From an uncultured Candidatus Competibacteraceae bacterium (GTDB lineage Bacteria; Bacteroidota; Bacteroidia; CAIKAF01): a DNA stretch of 64,000 nucleotides. Both the position numbers and the translations under genes were made by a program. Shown here one piece after another: positions 20,317 to 29,781 of the stretch (position 1 is the stretch's first letter; each line of letters opens with the position of its first letter). The stretch lies in the NCBI GenBank assembly GCA_964578885.1, contig CAZOEO010000005.1, positions 91,752-155,751 on the forward strand. The letters run 5' to 3'. Below the pieces are notes generated by a model. It was not told where the DNA came from. It made no database searches and saw only the letters and a list, made by a program, of their open reading frames with translations.

Positions 20317-22359
20317 TTATCGGGAAATAGGAAGGCGAATCAAAAACAAAGTCCCGCTGCCTTCTTTGGTTTTAACGCGTATGGTTCCACGATGGGCGGT
20401 GACAATTTTTTTCACAATGTAAAGCCCCAGTCCGGTGGTTGGTTCACCCAATGTGCCTAGTACACCTGCGGTAAAGGGCCTGAATAATTTGGTTTCCATA
20501 CGGCGAGGAATGCCTGTTCCAAAGTCCCGGACACATAACTCCACTTCACTTAGGCCATGCTGTCGGATGAGGACCTTAATGATTCCCCCGGGTTTGGAAT
20601 ATTTTATCGCATTGTCCACAAGATTTATGAGGACACGAGTAATTTTTTCCCGGTCAGCAGCCACCAAAAAAGGCGCTTGATTCTTTGTAATGAGCTCAAT
20701 ACGTTTTTGTCTGCATTTATGATGTAGCAAATCCCGAAGTTCGGCCAAAAGTGCTTCCGGCAACAGAGGAACCACATCTAAATTAACTTGATTTCCAGGT
20801 CGGATGGCGTCATTCAAATCCTGAATGGTATTCAGACCCAGCTTAGCAGATGTTTTCAATAACTTGAGCAAATGGCGCTGCTCTTGTTCGGGAAGCGCAT
20901 CGGATGGTCCCTCGGCTATAATGTCGCTCACCTGTATCACATTGCCCAGAACATTTCTTAGGTCATGGGCCACTGTGCTCAAAATGTAGTTTTTGTGCTT
21001 ATTGGCCATTTCCAAATCCCGGTTGGCTCGTGCAAATTGCCCGGATTTTTGCCGGAGATCCTTGGACAAAATTTGTGTTTGGGTAAAACGACGCCTCAGG
21101 TTCATCCAAAGAAAAAATATGACCACTACAAATACCATCAGTACACCGCCACCAAGGAATATGGCGTTAGACTGAATTTCTCGTAACCTTAGAGAATGAA
21201 CGAGTCCTTCTTTCGAATCGCGCAATCGGTTCAAGCCAATTTGTGCTTCCTCCAATTGAATGAGCTTGTTTCCACGTCTGTTATGAATGAGGTCGGTGAG
21301 CGTTCTGGACGTTTCCTCATAGGCGAAGGCCTTTTCATAATGCCCCTTAGAGGCTTCTAAGCGGGCCATGAGCCTGTAATAAGATTCCCGTGACCGGTCA
21401 TCCCGAACTTGGTCCATGCGCTCATCCAATAAGGCAAGCCAAATTCCAGCTTCTTCGAAATGGTGTTTTTTTTCTAAAAACTCAGCATATGCAAGAATCC
21501 CACGTGCTTCCAATTGCACATTATTGCATCTGGCAGATTTGCAGATTCCAGATTGAAACAAAGAATCTGCCATCGCCATGTTTCCCATCTGGGCATAATT
21601 TCGAGCCATATTGACCAGGGAAACGGCCTCACCCACCAAATTTTTATCCCAAACCGACACTCGGTACGCTTGTGTAAAATAGTGGTTGGCCCTGGCAAAA
21701 TCCCTCATCTGCATATAGCACAAGCCCAAATTATTCAACACATTCTGAATAAGATACTTTCTCTCGGAACGCTGATTCTCCTGCAATAAACTTCGCAAGG
21801 CCATGGAAAAATGAGGAATGGCCTGTTCATACCCGCCTTCTGAATAAAACAAGATTCCCATATAATTATTGAGAATCCCATCATAATACGGCCAAAAAAT
21901 CTCATTTTCAAACTCTTTGGCCATAAGCATCAAGCGAATAGATGGCCCGAAATCGCCTCTTTCATAATACGTGGCGCCTAAAGAAACTAAGGTTCTGAAA
22001 TAATTTAAATCATCTACGCCAGGCCCCAAATCCACAACACGTTGCAAAAAATAAAGCGAGGAATCCAGAACGCCGAGCCGATTATAATAACCACCAAGGG
22101 CCGCATAATAATGCGACCATACCCGTAAAGGCTTCGTGTGATCCATGAAATTGGTCATGCGTTTCGCTATTTCCGGACATGGTAAAAAATCGGAATCATG
22201 CACCTGCGTGCAACTATCCATTTCTAATACCAATCGGTCGAAGGCCAAGTCGCCACTGGAAATTTCCTGCGCTTTAATCACAGAAAACACCAAAAAGCAG
22301 ATCACAAGACATAGCCTACCAATCATAATATCGGTTAGGTAAATTGGTGCGTAAGCCAA
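20317..22359 (-). CDS. TPR repeat-containing sensor histidine kinase (paralogue of the adjacent kinase)
   Basis: Same architecture and near-identical kinase-core motifs (STVAHDLRNVLGNV, GLGLYIVKKI) as 18221-20308. The likely start is a little downstream of the ORF start, at MIGRLCLV (about 22326). Confidence 0.75.
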   Translation of the reverse strand: MAYAPIYLTDIMIGRLCLVICFLVFSVIKAQEISSGDLAFDRLVLEMDSCTQVHDSDFLPCPEIAKRMTNFMDHTKPLRVWSHYYAALGGYYNRLGVLDSSLYFLQRVVDLGPGVDDLNYFRTLVSLGATYYERGDFGPSIRLMLMAKEFENEIFWPYYDGILNNYMGILFYSEGGYEQAIPHFSMALRSLLQENQRSERKYLIQNVLNNLGLCYMQMRDFARANHYFTQAYRVSVWDKNLVGEAVSLVNMARNYAQMGNMAMADSLFQSGICKSARCNNVQLEARGILAYAEFLEKKHHFEEAGIWLALLDERMDQVRDDRSRESYYRLMARLEASKGHYEKAFAYEETSRTLTDLIHNRRGNKLIQLEEAQIGLNRLRDSKEGLVHSLRLREIQSNAIFLGGGVLMVFVVVIFFLWMNLRRRFTQTQILSKDLRQKSGQFARANRDLEMANKHKNYILSTVAHDLRNVLGNVIQVSDIIAEGPSDALPEQEQRHLLKLLKTSAKLGLNTIQDLNDAIRPGNQVNLDVVPLLPEALLAELRDLLHHKCRQKRIELITKNQAPFLVAADREKITRVLINLVDNAIKYSKPGGIIKVLIRQHGLSEVELCVRDFGTGIPRRMETKLFRPFTAGVLGTLGEPTTGLGLYIVKKIVTAHRGTIRVKTKEGSGTLFLIRLPISR

Positions 22360-23929
22360 ACCAGAACCAGCTGGTCATCTGGGTAGATTGGGTATTTTCA
22401 AAATGCCTTAGCCGGGTTCCGGCTTCTATACGAAACCCATAAGCCGGATTCAGAATGTACGCGGCAGAAAGTTCCAGTACCATCAGGGATGTGCGCAGGC
22501 CTTGACCCACCACGTTGCCATATTCCTGAGGATGATTTAAATCCAGATTATAAATATTTTGCCCATAATTCATTCCAGCAGAATCCAAGCCAACTATGGC
22601 ATAGCTTAAACGGGAATTAAACATCCATCGGTCGGTGCGATATTTCAGGAATCCAAGTAATTCCCAAAAATTGGCGCCCAAAGGATGAGCCAGACTTTGG
22701 TTATAATGCGCGTAATTCTGGTTGGTTCGCCAGTGATTATACGTATAAGGACGGACATAATTGAACTCAGTCTGTAAATGTAATCCCTTCAATCCAAATA
22801 CATTGAAATATTTATATCCCAATTGAAACGCCTGCTTATTGGCCCTCCATCCGGATTGGGTTTTGCCTAAAAAGTTTCCAAGGTTCAATTCATCCAACAT
22901 CAATTGACCATACAACTGATGACTGGCGGTAATCTGCCATTTCAAATTAGCACCAAGTAGGGCATTATCATAAGATCCCAAACCATATTCCACAGGACGG
23001 AAAAAGATAATGGGATTCATGTAACTCCATTCCAAACCTCTATTCACACCCGTGCTATCCGTTCCGCTAAACATGACGCCTTCGAACAAACCCAGATTTA
23101 ATCCACGGGCAATGTTGAAATCCAGGTAATGAAATGCACCATACTTCTTTGTATTCAGGTTGTCTCCTGCCAAACTTGGACGAATGTCCTGAAACTCTCC
23201 CCAAAGATTGGTGTACTTAAATCGCCAGAATTGAGTGTTGATTTTCAGGTAAGGATAATTAAAAGCCACATCGGAGAGCAACAAAGAGCGATAACCATCA
23301 CCAATGAAATTTTTACCAATCCCAAACTCAATATCCACCCATTGTGCCGGAGCAAAAACCACATAACCATTGGCCCAGGCATAATCGTACCCCACCGTTT
23401 TAAACGGCTTCGACCGACCTTGTCCGGGAATGATGCCCATGGTATCGGCCACATCAGACAAATAACCCGGCAAAGCGGCCTGGTTTTCATAAAAATCCGA
23501 ATAAAAAGAAAACATTTTTCCCAGATTACCACGCACGGTAACACCACGGGTGTTGGTCCACAAGGTTTTATCTCCGGAGAAATCACGCCCCATGGTAAAA
23601 TCAAACGCAGGATTAACCAAAATTTGACCCTGGGGAAAAGAAATCCGAACCAAATCTTCCGAAAAAAGTTTACGGCCAGTCCAGGTACGGGCGAAACTCC
23701 CACGATACGGCTTTACGCCCAGAACTGAATCCGGATTAATAATTGGCCGAAGGGCCGATAAACGATAGGGCTTTACTGCGGAAAAAAAAGGAGCCCTGGT
23801 CTCATGAGCAGCCGCTTCTAATTGCAATTGATACTCATTAAAAAAAGGCTGATGGAAGTGCTGTGCCTGAAGCAAGGCTATTGTTCCCCAAAAGCCTGCG
23901 AAAACGGGGATCAAAAATTTCATGCCCAA
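22316..23929 (-). CDS. outer-membrane beta-barrel protein (function unknown; possibly Wzi-like)
   Basis: Signal peptide. Abundant alternating aromatic residues and an aromatic C-terminus (YYDW). 537 aa. Confidence 0.35.
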   Translation of the reverse strand: MGMKFLIPVFAGFWGTIALLQAQHFHQPFFNEYQLQLEAAAHETRAPFFSAVKPYRLSALRPIINPDSVLGVKPYRGSFARTWTGRKLFSEDLVRISFPQGQILVNPAFDFTMGRDFSGDKTLWTNTRGVTVRGNLGKMFSFYSDFYENQAALPGYLSDVADTMGIIPGQGRSKPFKTVGYDYAWANGYVVFAPAQWVDIEFGIGKNFIGDGYRSLLLSDVAFNYPYLKINTQFWRFKYTNLWGEFQDIRPSLAGDNLNTKKYGAFHYLDFNIARGLNLGLFEGVMFSGTDSTGVNRGLEWSYMNPIIFFRPVEYGLGSYDNALLGANLKWQITASHQLYGQLMLDELNLGNFLGKTQSGWRANKQAFQLGYKYFNVFGLKGLHLQTEFNYVRPYTYNHWRTNQNYAHYNQSLAHPLGANFWELLGFLKYRTDRWMFNSRLSYAIVGLDSAGMNYGQNIYNLDLNHPQEYGNVVGQGLRTSLMVLELSAAYILNPAYGFRIEAGTRLRHFENTQSTQMTSWFWFGLRTNLPNRYYDW

Positions 23930-23980
23930 ATATATCCCTGAATTTTCAAAAACATTCTATTATATAAATTAAAACCAAAA

Positions 23981-25498
23981 TCAACTATGGGAAGAAAGGG
24001 TTGATTGAAGCGCAATAAGGGCTTCTGCCATGATGCGCTGGTCTGCCAAACGCGGCACTTTATGCTGCCCCCCAAGTTTTCCTTCCGCTTTCATGTAAGC
24101 CTGAAAACTTCCCGGTTGTAATGGTAAAATCCGAAGGGGACGCGTTACTTTACCATCTATCAAATCTTTGTAATACACATTTCTCCGACACATAGCCCGA
24201 TCCAAGGCCAGGGCAAAAGCATCCAAATCAGTGGGCAATCGATCAAATTCTACCAGCCAATCATGGCCGGGCAAGCCCCCTTCCTCTGGCTGAACAAGCG
24301 GCGCCACATGAAATTCGCGGACGGTCGCCTCACTTTCGACCAATACTTCCTGCATGGCGCCTTCCACTTCTTCGGCGATCACGTGTTCTCCAAACGCTGA
24401 AATAAAATGTTTGATTCGTCCCGTCACTACAATTCTGTAGGGATTCAATGAAACAAACTTGACCGTATCGCCGATGAGATAGCCCCATAAACCTGCATTC
24501 GTGTGCAAAACAATCGCATAATTTTCGCCAAGCTGTACGTCTGCTAAAGCATAACGAGTCGGCTGAGGAAGATGTGCTTCTTTTATCGGAATAAATTCAT
24601 AAAAAATACCCACCCAGGTTTGCAGCAAAAGGCCAGGTTTTTCCTGTTCGTCCTGAAAAGCGATAAAACCTTCACTTGCGGGATATGTTTCAATCGTTTT
24701 TACAGATTTACCAAGACTTTCTTCAAATTTTTTTCGGTAAGGCGAATAATTCACACCTCCATATACGTAAAGACTGAGATTCGGAAAGATTTCCCTGACA
24801 TTCTTTTTACCAGTAACGGTTAAAAGCCGATCCAGATACATTTGGGCCCAGGAGGGAATTCCTCCGATTAAACGCATGTCTTGCTTCACCGTTTCGCGAA
24901 CAATGGCATCGAGCTTGGTTTCCCAGTCATCAATACAATTGGTTTCCCAGGAAGGCAACTGATTTTTCCTAATCCAGCCCGGAATATGATGGTTTACAAT
25001 GCCTGAAAGTCTGCCGGTGAGAATGCCTCCTACTTTTTCCAACACAGGACTTCCGGATAAAAAAATCATGCCACCATCAAAAGCACTGGCGTCGCCGGTT
25101 TCCGCCACATAACAGAACACAGCGTTTCGAGCCGATCCCACATGGAAAGGCACGGAATCTTTGGAAATGGGAATCAGTTTGGTTCCACTGGTGGTTCCGC
25201 TGGTTTTGGCAAAATATAAAGGCTTTCCGGGCCAAAGCACATCCGATTCACCCGCTACCACACGAGAAATGTAGGGCCGAAGCTGTTCATAATCGGCCAC
25301 AGGAATCTGCGCTTTAAACGAATCGTAGTCCCGAATATTCTGAAAATGATGGTCCCGGCCGAAGGCTGTGTTTTTTGCCTTTTCAACCAGACGATGGCGA
25401 AGTTGCTGCTGATCTAACAGTGCCCGCCTTGCTTTTCTCCGTATTCCGGCCGCCATTAAGCGCGCCAGAGGCAATATTAATGCTGATTTCCAACCCAT
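23981..25498 (-). CDS. GH3 auxin-responsive promoter family protein (acyl-adenylate forming)
   Basis: N-terminal FGRDHHF and the adenylation motif YFAKTSGTTSG-TKLIP are characteristic of GH3/ANL-superfamily homologues. Confidence 0.75.
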   Translation of the reverse strand: MGWKSALILPLARLMAAGIRRKARRALLDQQQLRHRLVEKAKNTAFGRDHHFQNIRDYDSFKAQIPVADYEQLRPYISRVVAGESDVLWPGKPLYFAKTSGTTSGTKLIPISKDSVPFHVGSARNAVFCYVAETGDASAFDGGMIFLSGSPVLEKVGGILTGRLSGIVNHHIPGWIRKNQLPSWETNCIDDWETKLDAIVRETVKQDMRLIGGIPSWAQMYLDRLLTVTGKKNVREIFPNLSLYVYGGVNYSPYRKKFEESLGKSVKTIETYPASEGFIAFQDEQEKPGLLLQTWVGIFYEFIPIKEAHLPQPTRYALADVQLGENYAIVLHTNAGLWGYLIGDTVKFVSLNPYRIVVTGRIKHFISAFGEHVIAEEVEGAMQEVLVESEATVREFHVAPLVQPEEGGLPGHDWLVEFDRLPTDLDAFALALDRAMCRRNVYYKDLIDGKVTRPLRILPLQPGSFQAYMKAEGKLGGQHKVPRLADQRIMAEALIALQSTLSSHS

Positions 25499-25501
25499 TG
25501 G

Positions 25502-26383
25502 TTAAAATTGAATCATGGATTCCGGATCCAGGGGAGTCCCATTGAACCAAAGCTCAAAATGCAAAAATGGGCCTTTTCCCTGTTCCAGGGATTTTCCGGC
25601 AATACCAATCGGTTCTCCGGCACGAACAAAACTGCCCACTTTTTTCAATAAAGTAGCATTATTCTGATAAATAGACACCAGATTTCCAGGATGTTGAACC
25701 GCCAGGACATAACCTGTTTCGGCGGTCCATCCGGCAAAAACCACCGTACCTTCCAGACAAGCCAACACAGGAGATTCCTCCGAGGTCATCACGTCTACGC
25801 CAAAATCTTTGGTTTCCCGCTGAAAGGGAGAAATGACTTTTCCCCGTAAAGGCGGAAAGAAGAGCATGCCTTCCAAGGCATTGTTTTGCTGAATCCTGGG
25901 CTGAACAGTAAAGCGTTCTTCTTCCTCTACGGCTTCTCTCAACTGCGCTTCTGCACGACTTATCCGATTCACCGGTTGTACCAAACGAAGTGCGGAGTCA
26001 GGTTTTTCCGGCATCGGTTCTTCCCACTTTTTTCCGCTGGCCACTTGCTGAAAAACCATGAGTAAACGCGCCTGATCTAACATCGCTGCTTCTAGAGAAT
26101 CTGCCGTTTTAGAAAGGGAACGTACCAATTTGCGCTGCTCCACGTCGGCGTAACCGGGAATATACTCGCGCAGCCCCGTGAAAGCCACCAAATAAAGGGT
26201 GAGACTCACCATCACCAACACGAGAAAAGAAAGTACCACCACAATGTTCCAACCAGAAAGCCGAAAGGTGTATTTGGCCTCGTAATGGTCGTCGTGCATC
26301 ACCAAAATCCGATACCGATACTTCCATTTCTCGAAAAAGTTGGGTTTGGCGGGACGATGCGCTTTTTTTTGTGCCATAAACAA
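25502..26383 (-). CDS. M23 family metallopeptidase
   Basis: N-terminal TM anchor. C-terminal LytM motifs (HPGNLVSIYQN..., PFLHFELW). Confidence 0.75.
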   Translation of the reverse strand: MFMAQKKAHRPAKPNFFEKWKYRYRILVMHDDHYEAKYTFRLSGWNIVVVLSFLVLVMVSLTLYLVAFTGLREYIPGYADVEQRKLVRSLSKTADSLEAAMLDQARLLMVFQQVASGKKWEEPMPEKPDSALRLVQPVNRISRAEAQLREAVEEEERFTVQPRIQQNNALEGMLFFPPLRGKVISPFQRETKDFGVDVMTSEESPVLACLEGTVVFAGWTAETGYVLAVQHPGNLVSIYQNNATLLKKVGSFVRAGEPIGIAGKSLEQGKGPFLHFELWFNGTPLDPESMIQF

Positions 26384-27409
26384 TCAGTTGGCCCAGACAG
26401 AAGTCCCTTCTGTGCAGTTGGTACAAATATCGATTTCTTTTCTAGACCGCAAAATAGAAGCTCTAAACTGCTGATAACGTTCCCCGTACCAAATCTCCTT
26501 CATGGTTTGGTGCTGAAAGTCGCCCAAAACATGTTGGGCATCTTTATCGAAACAGCAAGGCACCACTTTTCCATCCCAGGTTACCACGCAACCTTGCCAC
26601 ATTCGCCAGCAATGGTTCATTAATTCTCCCCGAATTTCCCAGGTTCCATCGGGCAATTTACGATAACGACTTCGGGCATCATTTTCCAGAATGAGGGGAT
26701 GATCGTCGCCCGGCGCATAGATTTGTGCCGTTTTCATGACCACTTTATCCGCACCAATCTCTTTGGCTTTTCGAGCAATAAGGGGTAATTCCTTTTCATT
26801 GGGCTTCAACACCAAAGCTTGCACAACCAATTCGGGAAACGCGCTATTGGCTGCTTTTTTTGCGTCTACCAGGTTTTGTAATCCTTCCCAGACTTTGTCC
26901 AGCTTGCCTCCTACCCGATATGCTTCGTAGGATGCTTGTGTGGCGCCATCCACCGAAATAATCATCCGATGCAATCCACTTTCCACCACACGTTTGGCGG
27001 TATCCTTAGACAAATAATGTCCATTGGTGCTGGTGGCCGTAAAAATCTTATGATCTGCGGCATACCGAACCATATCCAGGAATTTAGGATGCAGAAAAGG
27101 TTCTCCTTGAAAATAAAAAGTCAGATATTGGAGATGTGGCGCCACATCGGCAATGATTTTCCGATATAATTCCTGGTCCAACATGCCCGTGGGTCGTGAA
27201 AAAGAGCGGAGGCCACTTGGGCATTCCGGACATCTTAGGTTGCAGGCGGTGGTTGGTTCAATGGACATGGCCACGGGCAAGCCGGACATGCGGGGCAAGC
27301 CAAGGCGTTTGGAGCGATGGTAAGAAAAGAAAATGCGGCTTGCGTTCAGCAGGCGTGCCGGACTCAACTGAGCCACCATGGCATGCAGGGAAGCGACGCC
27401 GAAGATCAT
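26384..27409 (-). CDS. radical SAM protein with C-terminal SPASM-like cysteine-rich domain
   Basis: CNLRCPEC (CxxxCxxC) radical SAM cluster motif. C-terminal CWRMWQGC...CCFD...CTNC region. Start ATGA-overlaps the rbfA stop. Confidence 0.75.
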   Translation of the reverse strand: MIFGVASLHAMVAQLSPARLLNASRIFFSYHRSKRLGLPRMSGLPVAMSIEPTTACNLRCPECPSGLRSFSRPTGMLDQELYRKIIADVAPHLQYLTFYFQGEPFLHPKFLDMVRYAADHKIFTATSTNGHYLSKDTAKRVVESGLHRMIISVDGATQASYEAYRVGGKLDKVWEGLQNLVDAKKAANSAFPELVVQALVLKPNEKELPLIARKAKEIGADKVVMKTAQIYAPGDDHPLILENDARSRYRKLPDGTWEIRGELMNHCWRMWQGCVVTWDGKVVPCCFDKDAQHVLGDFQHQTMKEIWYGERYQQFRASILRSRKEIDICTNCTEGTSVWAN

Positions 27410-27768
27410 GATTCAGGCTGGTCCTTCTCGTTGCGGTCCAACAATTGGGAGATGCGGTCGGCGTAGGCGGCAGAATCGTCATGGAAGAAGGCCAGTTCCG
27501 GCACAATGCGAAGTTGATGACGCAGTTTCTGACCGAGGATGTAGCGGATTTTCGATTTGTTGTCTTCGAGTTTTTCCATGACGGCCGGGGCGGGTTCTTT
27601 GCCAAAAATGCTGAAATAGACTTTGGCAAAAGAGAGGTCTGGAGACACGCGCACCACGGTGGCGGTAACCATGCTACCGGGTGAAACCCAAGCGAGGTCA
27701 CGAAGGATAAGTTCACCGATTTCTTTGAGAATCAGTCTGGCTACTTTTTGTTGTCGCGTGGTTTCCAT
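27406..27768 (-). CDS. rbfA: ribosome-binding factor A
   Basis: METTRQQKVARLILKEIGELI... matches the RbfA KH-like fold family. Start refined to the Met at 27768. Confidence 0.85.
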   Translation of the reverse strand: METTRQQKVARLILKEIGELILRDLAWVSPGSMVTATVVRVSPDLSFAKVYFSIFGKEPAPAVMEKLEDNKSKIRYILGQKLRHQLRIVPELAFFHDDSAAYADRISQLLDRNEKDQPES

Positions 27769-27940
27769 GGTGGTTTTATGTCTGCCCGGAGGGGATGAGG
27801 CACAAAGGTACAAAATCCTGAGGAAGGGTTTGGGAGAAAAAGAGTGGGTTGCGGGATGAAAAAAGCGAGATTTTTTTTGGAAAAATGGGATGTGCCTTTA
27901 TCTTTGCAATCCGAATTTAATGGCAATGCCATTTCGTTCT

Positions 27941-28014
27941 TCCTCCTTAGCTCAGTTGGTTAGAGCATCTGACTGTTAATCAGAGGGTCGCTGGTTCAAG
28001 TCCAGCAGGGGGAG
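27941..28014 (+). tRNA. tRNA-Asn (anticodon GTT)
   Basis: TCCTCCT acceptor stem, D-arm GCTCAGTTGGTTAGAGC, anticodon loop CTGTTAA, T-arm GGTTCAAGTCC. Close to E. coli tRNA-Asn. No encoded CCA. Confidence 0.9.
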
Positions 28015-28017
28015 CAG

Positions 28018-28050
28018 AAAGCCTCACAGCAATGTGAGGCTTTTTTTGTT
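28018..28050 (+). terminator. rho-independent terminator after tRNA-Asn
   Basis: 8-bp stem gcctcaca/tgtgaggc with a gcaa loop, followed by TTTTTTT. Confidence 0.6.
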
Positions 28051-28086
28051 TGTTTTGAAAGTGACTATGTATTGCTACTCCAAAGG

Positions 28087-28524
28087 CTAAAACGGCTGGG
28101 GTTCAATCATCGGAAGAAAGGCATTATGCAAAGGCGTACCTTTAAAAGAAGCAAACATTACACCTCTCGTAGTGGAAATGGAGATGCTGTTTACAATATC
28201 TAATAACTGCTGTGGCAAAGCGATTTTCCCCGTAGATTCAGTTTTGATTATCGCATCAAAGTTCTTTAGTTCAAATATGCAATTCACAGAAATTGCTCCT
28301 AGGGCTATAGATTGATTTTCGGTGAGTATTTCAACATGAACGATGGCAAACAGGAGTTTATCTAGAGCATCTACTTTAGTTTCAATATTGATATTGAATT
28401 TAAAATTGCCGGGATTGATCGTTCCTGGAGCGAGCATATATTGATTACTGCTAAGTAATTCTATGCCCTTTAGTTGAATTTCAATATTCCTACTTTTACT
28501 CGTTTCTATTTTCTTTCGTTTCAT
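28087..28524 (-). CDS. hypothetical protein
   Basis: 145-aa ORF in an AT-rich region downstream of the XRE gene. No motif recognised. Confidence 0.3.
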   Translation of the reverse strand: MKRKKIETSKSRNIEIQLKGIELLSSNQYMLAPGTINPGNFKFNINIETKVDALDKLLFAIVHVEILTENQSIALGAISVNCIFELKNFDAIIKTESTGKIALPQQLLDIVNSISISTTRGVMFASFKGTPLHNAFLPMIEPQPF

Positions 28525-28560
28525 TTTATAACAAATTATTGCCTAGCCCGTGTATAGCTT

Positions 28561-28962
28561 TTATATAGGTTTGTCTTTATAAGAAATTGGATCTTCGTTC
28601 ACGGAATAATTTTTCGTTGAATACGTAATGTACTGGTATGAAGCGGCAGAAAATGTATTTGTATAGACATCCTTTACTTGTTTTTGCGCAAAAAGTACAG
28701 CAATCTCCACACCGAGAACCTGCGAAATTTGCACAAGTGTTTCAACCGTAAAATTATGAGCACCACTCAACCACTTTGAAATTTCAGGTTGAGTTTTGTT
28801 TAGCTCCGAGGCAAATCTAGTCTTTGACCAACCTTTAGACCTGATGAGATCTTCAATATTGGCTGCCAATTGCATTTTGACATTTGTTTGCTCCATTTCC
28901 AAAGGAGTTGCCTCATTCTGTAATTCTTGGATTAATGGGCTATTATATTCTCTCGCTTTCAT
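28561..28962 (-). CDS. XRE-family helix-turn-helix protein (putative antitoxin / HigA-like)
   Basis: HTH_XRE signature (WSKTRFASELNKTQPEISKWLSGAHNFTVETLVQISQVLGVEI). Sits immediately downstream of the Gp49-like gene. Confidence 0.6.
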   Translation of the reverse strand: MKAREYNSPLIQELQNEATPLEMEQTNVKMQLAANIEDLIRSKGWSKTRFASELNKTQPEISKWLSGAHNFTVETLVQISQVLGVEIAVLFAQKQVKDVYTNTFSAASYQYITYSTKNYSVNEDPISYKDKPI

Positions 28963-28982
28963 GATGTTGTCTGTTTTGTTTG

Positions 28983-29480
28983 TTATTCTTCGTCTTCAAA
29001 AAAGTAAAAATTACCTTCCAGTTCTGGCTTGTCTCTCGACATGTATATTTCTCCGCTGTCCATTCGCCTTGCTATGTCTTTGGCGTATTCAATCATTCTT
29101 GTCGCTTCCTCAGTCAACTTTGTATCATCTTGCCATGCCATCGTTTCCTTTGTTTTCAACCCGCCACCTCCGAGAATTATAACGTCTGAACCGTATCTGA
29201 TGCAATACAATCTTAGATTTTTTTCGGGCAGATCGTACAATGCACAAACACCATCGCCATACCGACCTTCAAAATGCTTGAAATAAGAATGCCTTGCACC
29301 ATGCTTTGTACCTATTAGCTTCAGCCTGTTATTTATATCTCTTACTTCTTCCCTGAAATCAGCTATGTTTTCGTTTATAAAAACATCATACAGCGTCAAA
29401 CCTCCTCTTTCTGGAATGATGGAATACACTGTACACTGCCTTCCACTCAAAAGACTTAATTTGACAATCTCGTATTCCAC
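28983..29480 (-). CDS. Gp49-like / HigB-type (RelE/ParE superfamily) putative toxin, extended form
   Basis: Core pattern GDGVCALYD...RLYCIRYGSDVIILGGGGLKTKE resembles the Gp49 (PF05973-like) motif G-D-G-hy-x-E-L-R ... Y-R-hy-hy-Y ... hy-hy-hy-L-x-G-x-x-K-K. Located upstream of the XRE partner. Confidence 0.4.
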   Translation of the reverse strand: MEYEIVKLSLLSGRQCTVYSIIPERGGLTLYDVFINENIADFREEVRDINNRLKLIGTKHGARHSYFKHFEGRYGDGVCALYDLPEKNLRLYCIRYGSDVIILGGGGLKTKETMAWQDDTKLTEEATRMIEYAKDIARRMDSGEIYMSRDKPELEGNFYFFEDEE

Positions 29481-29748
29481 TTGGCTTTTAGCCTATAAAT
29501 GATGTATAATTTAACTTTTAACGTATAAAAGGCGGGGGATTTACATCCTTTTTCAAATTTAAGAAGACATTTCCACATTTTCATAACTTATAAGTTAATT
29601 TTATGCTTTAACATCGACCAAACACTAGTTGTCGCCAATATAAATCCACCTAAAATTTTGTTAAGCAAGTAATTAAGTGTTGCATAAGCACGCAACTCAT
29701 CCCAGAATTGGTTCGAGAATAGACCATTGTGGGGAGCAGAAAAATCAA

Positions 29749-29781
29749 GGGGTTACATAAACGTAACCCCTTTTTTATTTC
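29749..29781. terminator. perfect 8-bp stem hairpin + T-run in an AT-rich non-coding region
   Basis: ggggttac-ataaac-gtaacccc followed by ttttttattt. No annotated + strand gene upstream. Confidence 0.35.

Noticed and set aside
23129-23728. 199-aa + strand ORF inside the outer-membrane protein gene
   Set aside because: Fully antisense to a well-supported 537-aa gene. It is low-complexity with no motif.
27258-27716. 152-aa minus-strand ORF and several + strand ORFs (27196-27411, 27378-27581, 27445-27684) around rbfA / rSAM start
   Set aside because: Overlapping alternative frames of rbfA and the radical SAM gene. Neither has homology nor sensible start context.
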